Shown: positions 14,565-20,000 of the stretch, piece after piece
Position numbering within the stretch: position 1 is the stretch's first letter
Layout: the number at the start of each line of letters is the position of its first letter
Virus record (IMG/VR): IMGVR_UViG_3300033068_001325
DNA length: 20,000 nt
Source of the DNA: an uncultured virus (IMG/VR IMGVR_UViG_3300033068_001325)
Lineage: Duplodnaviria > Heunggongvirae > Uroviricota > Caudoviricetes
Reading direction: 5' to 3' (one strand)
Position numbers and translations under genes: made by a program
Notes under the pieces: model-generated
Databases searched by the model: none
Told to the model about the DNA's origin: nothing
The model's input: only the letters and a program-made list of their open reading frames with translations

Positions 14565-15599
14565 ATGTCAGAGACTTCGAAGCAGCTGAAGGCTGCGCTC
14601 GCCACCTACTACGCCGCCTACCCCTCATTGCCGGACGGCATCTATATCGGCCTGCCGGCGGAGCGGTACCACGCCGACACGGCGCTCGGCTCCACCGACC
14701 TGCGCAATCTGCTGAAGGGCGCGAATCTCTTCTGGCACAAGTCGGACATGAACCCGAAAAAGCCGAAGGATAAGCTGACGCCATCGAAGATCGTCGGCAA
14801 CGCGACGCACAAGCTGCTGCTCGAGGGCAGCGAGCCATTCAACGCGATCTATGTGCGCGGGCCCTACGGCGAAGACGACGACTACACGTCGGCGGAAAAG
14901 TCGGCGCTGACGAAGGCCGCCAAGGCGAAGCTGAAAGAGGGGCAGGAGCTGCTTTCGCAGAGCGACTACGATTTTATCACCGGCTGCAAAGAGATCCTCG
15001 ATCTCGACCCGAAGCTGAAGGGCTGCCTCGACAACGCGCTGACCGAAGTATCGATCTTCTGGACGCGACCGGATGGCGTGCGCGTCAAGGCGCGGCACGA
15101 CGCGCTGAAGCTGCGCGGCATCGGCGACATCAAGACGATCGCCAACGAGCGCGAGCGCGACCTGCCCCAGGCCTGCCGGCTCGACATCAGCACCTATCGC
15201 TATGACATTCCGGCGCAGCACTACAGCAACGGGCGCCTGCAGATCGGCCGGCTGCTGTCCGAAGGCAACGTGTTCGCCGGCGAGGAGCTCGCGCAGCTCG
15301 ACCACAAGAACAACGCCGATGCGGCGGTGCTCGAATTCCTGAAGAAGGTGGCAGCACAGAAGCAATTCGGTTTCCAGCTGGTGTTTATCCCGAAGAAGGG
15401 CGCACCCGATGCCTGGTCGACCGTGCTCACGCCGGGCAACCCCATCATGGTGGCAGCCGACGGCGACATTGAGCAGGCTGTGGCGATTTTCAAATCCTCG
15501 ATCGAGCAATTCGGCCACGCGAAGCGGTGGATCCCCAACCGCGACGTCGAGGAGCTCGACATCAACGAAATGCCGGTGACGTTCGGACGGAGGGGATGA
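14565..15599 (+). CDS. RecE-like exonuclease VIII (DUF3799, PD-(D/E)xK)
   Basis: GIY.GLP.E.YHAD.ALGST.L, GNATH.LLLE, EVSIFW...VKARHD...DIKT, Y.Y...A.HY; start at ATG 14565 after the SD. Confidence 0.88.
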   Translation: MSETSKQLKAALATYYAAYPSLPDGIYIGLPAERYHADTALGSTDLRNLLKGANLFWHKSDMNPKKPKDKLTPSKIVGNATHKLLLEGSEPFNAIYVRGPYGEDDDYTSAEKSALTKAAKAKLKEGQELLSQSDYDFITGCKEILDLDPKLKGCLDNALTEVSIFWTRPDGVRVKARHDALKLRGIGDIKTIANERERDLPQACRLDISTYRYDIPAQHYSNGRLQIGRLLSEGNVFAGEELAQLDHKNNADAAVLEFLKKVAAQKQFGFQLVFIPKKGAPDAWSTVLTPGNPIMVAADGDIEQAVAIFKSSIEQFGHAKRWIPNRDVEELDINEMPVTFGRRG

Positions 15600-15790
15600 T
15601 GAAGGCCTATCAGAGCAAGACGGAGCCGCTGACGGAGGTTGAGCCGGGCGGCGGCGGCGTGGTCACCTTTGCCTCGTGGGAGCAATTGGAGAATGCCCTG
15701 CGCCGCGCCGGCTCTGTTCGGCCGGGCGAGAGCGTCGATCGATTCGTGGTCGGCGAGCTCGGCATTTCAATCTATGTGGAGCGACACTGA
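15596..15790 (+). CDS. Hypothetical protein (64 aa)
   Basis: GGAGGGG SD; ATGA and TGATG overlaps. Confidence 0.7.
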   Translation: MMKAYQSKTEPLTEVEPGGGGVVTFASWEQLENALRRAGSVRPGESVDRFVVGELGISIYVERH

Positions 15791-16089
15791 TGCCCCCGGT
15801 CCATCCGCCCCTGAAGAACGACGGCCCGGCCTGCCGCGTGTGCGGCTGTACCAAAAACAATGCCTGCGTCGACGATGATATTTTTGGCGAGGCATGTTCC
15901 TGGGTGAAGACCCGCGGCGTCGACGTCGGCCCGCTATGCAGCGCCTGCGCCGGCACGGCTGACGACCTTGCGGAAGCGATCGGGCGCGCCACAGAGCGCC
16001 CGGCGCCGATCGGGACGGCCCTTAAAGTCCTGACGGCGGCCCTCGCCCGATACGAAAAACGCAAAAAAGAGGTTGATGCCGCCCGCTGA
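15790..16089 (+). CDS. Cys-rich zinc-finger phage protein
   Basis: CRVCGCT..NAC...CSWV...LCSAC; start ATG 15790 (TGATG). Confidence 0.75.
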   Translation: MPPVHPPLKNDGPACRVCGCTKNNACVDDDIFGEACSWVKTRGVDVGPLCSACAGTADDLAEAIGRATERPAPIGTALKVLTAALARYEKRKKEVDAAR

Positions 16090-16136
16090 ATACTATACCG
16101 TAGCTTTAGTCAATCACACACCGGGAAGGGAAGCCC
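16073..16136 (+). promoter_or_regulatory. Rightward promoter/operator/RBS cassette 3
   Basis: TTGATG (16073-16078) - 17 bp - TACCGT (16096-16101); palindrome CTATACC-GTA-GCTTTAG (16093-16109); GTCAATCACA (16109-16118); GGAAGGGAAGCCC (16124-16136). Confidence 0.75.
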
Positions 16137-16137
16137 C

Positions 16138-16626
16138 ATGTGGATCTGCCTCAACGACGCCTTTTTCTCTGTTGTCAGCAAGGACTGCAAGCCGGATGAA
16201 GTCATGATCCGGGCGCGCCGCGCCGGCGACCTGGAGAAGGTCTTCAATGACGAAATCCTGCTGTCGTCGGTCAATGGCTTGAGGCCCATCACCGTCACCC
16301 GCTACACCAAGTCCGACTATCTCTACCGGGCGGCCGTGAAGCGCGACCACCTGAAGGCCGCGCTCGCTTTCGAAGTCGACCGAATCGTCTACAGCAACTT
16401 CAAGGCCTCAACCCGCGATTCCAAGCTGCACGCCTGCTACAACCGCATGTGGCATGCGCACGCCGACATGCAGGAGCTGGCGCCATACAGCAATGGGCGC
16501 CCGCGTGCCAATGCGACACAGGCCAGTATTGACACCGGCTCGGATGGGTACGGCCTGTTTGACGCCGAAGGCTTCATGCCGATGCCGGCGAAAAAGACGT
16601 CAAAGAAGCTGACGAAGGGGCGGTGA
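16138..16626 (+). CDS. Conserved phage hypothetical protein
   Basis: MWI.LND.F.SVV...IRAR...DYLYRA...I.YSNFK...Y.RMW pattern, recognised as a recurrent uncharacterised phage family; strong SD. Confidence 0.8.
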   Translation: MWICLNDAFFSVVSKDCKPDEVMIRARRAGDLEKVFNDEILLSSVNGLRPITVTRYTKSDYLYRAAVKRDHLKAALAFEVDRIVYSNFKASTRDSKLHACYNRMWHAHADMQELAPYSNGRPRANATQASIDTGSDGYGLFDAEGFMPMPAKKTSKKLTKGR

Positions 16627-16628
16627 TT

Positions 16629-16811
16629 ATGCGCAAGCCCAAGGTTGGCGATCGCGTGAAATTTCAATCGCTCGACGATTCGATTCCGCCGACATTCGGC
16701 AAGATCACTGTGTTGAGCCCGAACGGCTGGCGCGCTGAAGTCGAATGGAGCGACGGCGAGACCGGCACCTACAACTTCGACGATCCCGCCTCTTGCGTGA
16801 GGCTCATCTGA
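16629..16811 (+). CDS. Small SH3/Tudor-like beta-barrel protein
   Basis: PKVGDRVKF...GKITV...AEVEWSDG; start 16623 (GTG) or 16629 (ATG). Confidence 0.7.
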   Translation: MRKPKVGDRVKFQSLDDSIPPTFGKITVLSPNGWRAEVEWSDGETGTYNFDDPASCVRLI

Positions 16812-16822
16812 AAGGACTGCCA

Positions 16823-18226
16823 ATGGCCGAGACCAACACCCAGGCGCTGACGCCGGCGGCGCAATTCCACGCTTCGTTCACGAAGATGGAGTCGCAGTTT
16901 TCGCTGGCGCTGCCGAAGCACATGCCGGTCGAGCGCTTCATGCGCGTGGTGCTGACGGCGGTCAACAGCAACCCCGATCTGCTCAATGCTGATCGACAGT
17001 CGCTTTTTGAGTCGGCCATGAAGGCCGCGCAGGATGGCCTGCTGCCTGACGGGCGCGAGGGCGCGTTGGTTGTCTACAACACCAAGGTCAGCAAGCGGGG
17101 GGAGTCCGACCGCTGGATCAAGAAGGTACAGTGGATGCCGATGGTCGCCGGCATCATGAAGAAGGCGCGCAACTCGGGTGAGATCGCGCTTATCACGGCC
17201 GGATGCGTCTGGGGCGGCGACAAATTCCGCTACTGGATTGACGACGACGGCGAGCACATTTTCTACGAGCCGGGCGATAAGCAGGACCGCAGCGTCTTTG
17301 TGAAGGCGTTCGCGATGGCAAAGCTGAAGGACGGCACGGTTTACGCGCTGCCCATGTCGCCGGCCGATGTCGACAAGGCGCGCGCTGCCAGCAAGGCCAA
17401 AGACGGTCCGGCTTGGAATATCTGGTACGACCAGATGGCGCAGAAGGCCGCCATCCGTCGGCTCTCCAAGCGCCTGCCGATGTCCTCAGATCTCGACGAC
17501 CTGATCCGGCGCGATGACGAGCTCTATGACTTCGGGAACAATCGAGATCCGGAAACTGTGGCATTTTCCCCGGTAAAAAACCCGCTGCAGGATACCGAAC
17601 CGAAGGCGATCGAGCATGACGCCGGCGAGACTGCTGCAGAAGAGGGCGCCTCCGATCAGGGCTCTCCGCGCGAAATGCGAGCCATGCTCATTATTGAGCA
17701 CGACGGAACTGTAGTAAAATTGCAGGAACCTGTTCCGGAGGTTGGGCAATTCCAGATTGTCGACCGTCGGTTTGAAGGCGAAGACGCCTATTTTGCCCTG
17801 GCGCAAGAATGGCGCCAAATCTGCGTCGAAAACAAGCTTCCGTGCCATTTCGACGACGAAGGGAACCTGACCGCCGCACCGGCAGGCTCTCAGGATCGCG
17901 GCGGAGCGGCGAGGGAGGCCGCCAGTGCGGCGGGGAAGGAGCCGGCCTCACCAGCCCCGGCCAGCTCCAAACCCGATCAGGCGGCCTCCCAAGGCCCGGG
18001 AAACGGCAATTCCAAGGCCAAGGCTCCGGAGAAGCCGTACACCGACGCGGAATCCTACCTGACATGGCTGAAGGACCAGCTCGGCACCGCCAAGACGAAA
18101 GCAGCTGTGACCGACCTGTGGGGGGCCAGCCGGCAGGACCGCGCGGATCTGCTCAACGCCGACCAGATCGAGGCTGCCGCCGACCTGAAGAACGCCGCGG
18201 TCGAGCGCATCAACAAGGAGAAATAG
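16823..18226 (+). CDS. recT: RecT family single-strand annealing protein with long C-terminal extension
   Basis: ALPKHM..ERFMRV.LTAV..NP.L...S...AAQDGL.PDG.E..LV.Y...G..K.ARNSG...W..WYDQMA.K..IRRLSK.LP.S; AAAGGA SD before ATG 16823. Confidence 0.92.
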   Translation: MAETNTQALTPAAQFHASFTKMESQFSLALPKHMPVERFMRVVLTAVNSNPDLLNADRQSLFESAMKAAQDGLLPDGREGALVVYNTKVSKRGESDRWIKKVQWMPMVAGIMKKARNSGEIALITAGCVWGGDKFRYWIDDDGEHIFYEPGDKQDRSVFVKAFAMAKLKDGTVYALPMSPADVDKARAASKAKDGPAWNIWYDQMAQKAAIRRLSKRLPMSSDLDDLIRRDDELYDFGNNRDPETVAFSPVKNPLQDTEPKAIEHDAGETAAEEGASDQGSPREMRAMLIIEHDGTVVKLQEPVPEVGQFQIVDRRFEGEDAYFALAQEWRQICVENKLPCHFDDEGNLTAAPAGSQDRGGAAREAASAAGKEPASPAPASSKPDQAASQGPGNGNSKAKAPEKPYTDAESYLTWLKDQLGTAKTKAAVTDLWGASRQDRADLLNADQIEAAADLKNAAVERINKEK

Positions 18227-18227
18227 C

Positions 18228-18497
18228 GTGACCGTCGAGGGCAGCCTGAAACAGCGAGCCATGCTCTACATGATGGAGCGTCGCCTCACGATCGATGAGG
18301 CAGCCGCTGTCGCAAAGCTGCTCGAGGACGACCCGAAGCTTGGGTATCTGGCCGACAAGTGGAATGAGCCGGCGGCCAAGTTTCACGACGCCGTTTTCGA
18401 ATCGGTTGTGATCGTGCTGCGCGGCAAGGTCATCTCCTGGATGAACAAGTATCGAGAGAACCACAACGCGCGCTGCTTGTGGGTAGGGGAGAGTTGA
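18228..18497 (+). CDS. Hypothetical protein (89 aa)
   Basis: AAGGAG SD, GTG start 1 nt after the recT stop. Confidence 0.7.
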   Translation: MTVEGSLKQRAMLYMMERRLTIDEAAAVAKLLEDDPKLGYLADKWNEPAAKFHDAVFESVVIVLRGKVISWMNKYRENHNARCLWVGES

Positions 18498-18498
18498 G

Positions 18499-18843
18499 AT
18501 GGATCGGAACGAGAGACGGCGGAATCTGGTGAACCACCTGCGCGTTAGCCCGCCAGTAATAATCAATTCTGGTCTGCACTACCACCTGAAGCTCGAGGAG
18601 GACATGGCTGGCTTCATGGTCGATGCGGTCGAAGCTTGGTGGATCATTGAACAGCTGCGCGAGCCGGAAGGCGATAGCATCGAACTGATTTGCGACAATC
18701 CAGACTTTGGTATCCCCGAGGGCATGAACAGCGCCGTCGTCGTCGTTGCCGGCTGGACTGACTACAAGCGAAAGACTTTCAACGGAAGAACTGTGATCGA
18801 GGCGCTTCGAAATGCGTTGACCGCGCGAGGGATGAAGCCCTGA
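18499..18843 (+). CDS. Hypothetical protein (114 aa)
   Basis: GGGGAG SD; TGATG coupling to the helicase. Confidence 0.7.
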   Translation: MDRNERRRNLVNHLRVSPPVIINSGLHYHLKLEEDMAGFMVDAVEAWWIIEQLREPEGDSIELICDNPDFGIPEGMNSAVVVVAGWTDYKRKTFNGRTVIEALRNALTARGMKP

Positions 18844-20000
18844 TGGAATGGTCGCCGCAACAAACTGAAGCGCTCGAGTCCGTCGGCCGCTGGCTGCGCA
18901 ACGAAAACCGAAAGCAGGTGTTTCGCCTGTTCGGATACGCCGGCACCGGCAAGACAACGCTGGCGATCGAGATTGCCAAGATGGCGCGCCGCGGCGGGAG
19001 CTCGGCCGGCCATGAGTCCGGCTATGTCCTATTTGGCAGCTTCACCGGGAAAGCTGCCTTGGTCATGCGCAAAAAAGGCTGCCACGGCGCCATGACGCTG
19101 CACTCCATGATCTACAAGCCGCGTCGGAAGAACCGCGACGATGAGGACGCCGACCGCGACATCCCCATGTGGGAGCTCAACCCCGACAGCCCGCTCGCGG
19201 GCGCCTCCCTGCTGATCGTCGACGAATGCTCGATGGTCGGCGAGGATCTCGGCCGCGACGTGCTGTCCTTCCATGTGCCGGTGCTGGTGCTCGGCGACCC
19301 CGCGCAGCTTCCGCCCGTCGGCGGTGCCGGCTTCTTCACCGAAGGCGTGGCGCCCGACGTCATGCTGACGGAGATCCACCGGCAGGCGGCCGACAATCCG
19401 ATTGTCCGCATTGCCACCGACATCCGGATGGGGAAGCCGCTGCAGCTCGGCAATTACAAGGGCCCCCGCGAGGGCACCGGCGTGGCTGTCATTCGTCGCG
19501 CCGACCTGGCGCTGAAGACGGAGCTCGCCGCCGACCAGATCCTGTGCGGCAAGAACGATACCCGCGTGGCTCTCAATCGCCGCATCCGTGAAACGCTGCG
19601 CGAAATGGGCAGGCTGCCGCACGGAAAGGTGCTTGGCGATCCCCTACCAGTCGTCGGCGATCGCATCATTTGCCTGAAAAACAAACGCGATCGCGGATTG
19701 CTCAACGGAGGAATCTGGAAGGTGAAAGAGCTGCGCGACCGCGACATCATCGCCAAGAAGAAGGGACGCGACGACGTCAGCTACATGGAAGTTTCGTCGG
19801 TCGACGAAGACGACTACATCAACCATGTGATGGTCCCGAACGCCTTCTGGTTTTGGAACGGCAAGGCGAAGGATCTCGAGGAGCGGTGGCCTGCGAAGAT
19901 GCAGCGCAACCACTATCACGAATTCGACTACGCCTACGCCATCACCTGCCACAAGTCGCAGGGATCGCAGTGGGACCGAGTCCTGGTGCACGACGAAAGC
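18843..20000 (+). CDS. RecD2/Dda-like SF1B DNA helicase (3' end runs off window)
   Basis: Read manually from ATG 18843: MEWSPQQ...FGYAGTGKTT (Walker A), FTGKAA, TLHSMIY, IVDECSMV (Walker B), LGDPAQLPPV, LTEIHRQ, YAYAITCHKSQGSQW. Confidence 0.93.
   Translation, partial: MEWSPQQTEALESVGRWLRNENRKQVFRLFGYAGTGKTTLAIEIAKMARRGGSSAGHESGYVLFGSFTGKAALVMRKKGCHGAMTLHSMIYKPRRKNRDDEDADRDIPMWELNPDSPLAGASLLIVDECSMVGEDLGRDVLSFHVPVLVLGDPAQLPPVGGAGFFTEGVAPDVMLTEIHRQAADNPIVRIATDIRMGKPLQLGNYKGPREGTGVAVIRRADLALKTELAADQILCGKNDTRVALNRRIRETLREMGRLPHGKVLGDPLPVVGDRIICLKNKRDRGLLNGGIWKVKELRDRDIIAKKKGRDDVSYMEVSSVDEDDYINHVMVPNAFWFWNGKAKDLEERWPAKMQRNHYHEFDYAYAITCHKSQGSQWDRVLVHDES

Larger units (their letters stand above)
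1..20000. mobile_element. Bacteriophage/prophage early, recombination and replication region
   Basis: Tightly coupled small ORFs, primase-helicase, resolvase, RecE/RecT, orphan MTases and HNH; no host housekeeping genes. Confidence 0.93.

Overview
A gene-dense segment of a tailed bacteriophage or prophage. The GC-rich composition and gene families suggest an alphaproteobacterial host (inference). Two transcription units diverge from a ~540-bp non-coding control region (8619-9162). The leftward (minus) arm is a replication/late-control module: a GapR-like protein, a RuvC-like resolvase, a multi-wHTH protein, an MT-A70 methyltransferase, a primase-helicase, a DUF6362-like HTH regulator, a WYL protein and a DUF968-like protein. 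These are followed by an antisense EndoVII-type HNH endonuclease and a promoter-terminator unit ahead of the next gene. The rightward (plus) arm is an early/recombination module: a DUF4942-like + N6-adenine methyltransferase, an SMC-like ATPase, stand-alone sigma4 and XRE HTH proteins, ASCH, RecE-like exonuclease, RecT, a RecD2/Dda-like helicase and many small ORFs. No integrase, structural gene or CI/Cro pair is visible. The most notable unexplained signals are: (i) a thrice-repeated promoter + 17-bp palindromic operator + identical 13-nt start-associated sequence cassette; (ii) a ~270-nt structured leader with two hairpin loops that are perfectly complementary; (iii) GGGTACGCG repeats upstream of both leftward promoters; (iv) a candidate overprinted gene with a strong SD and an ACG start inside the primase linker; (v) a primase zinc-binding domain lacking its zinc ligands and an MT-A70 with DYPW instead of DPPW. 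All family calls come from motif recognition by eye; no searches were run.
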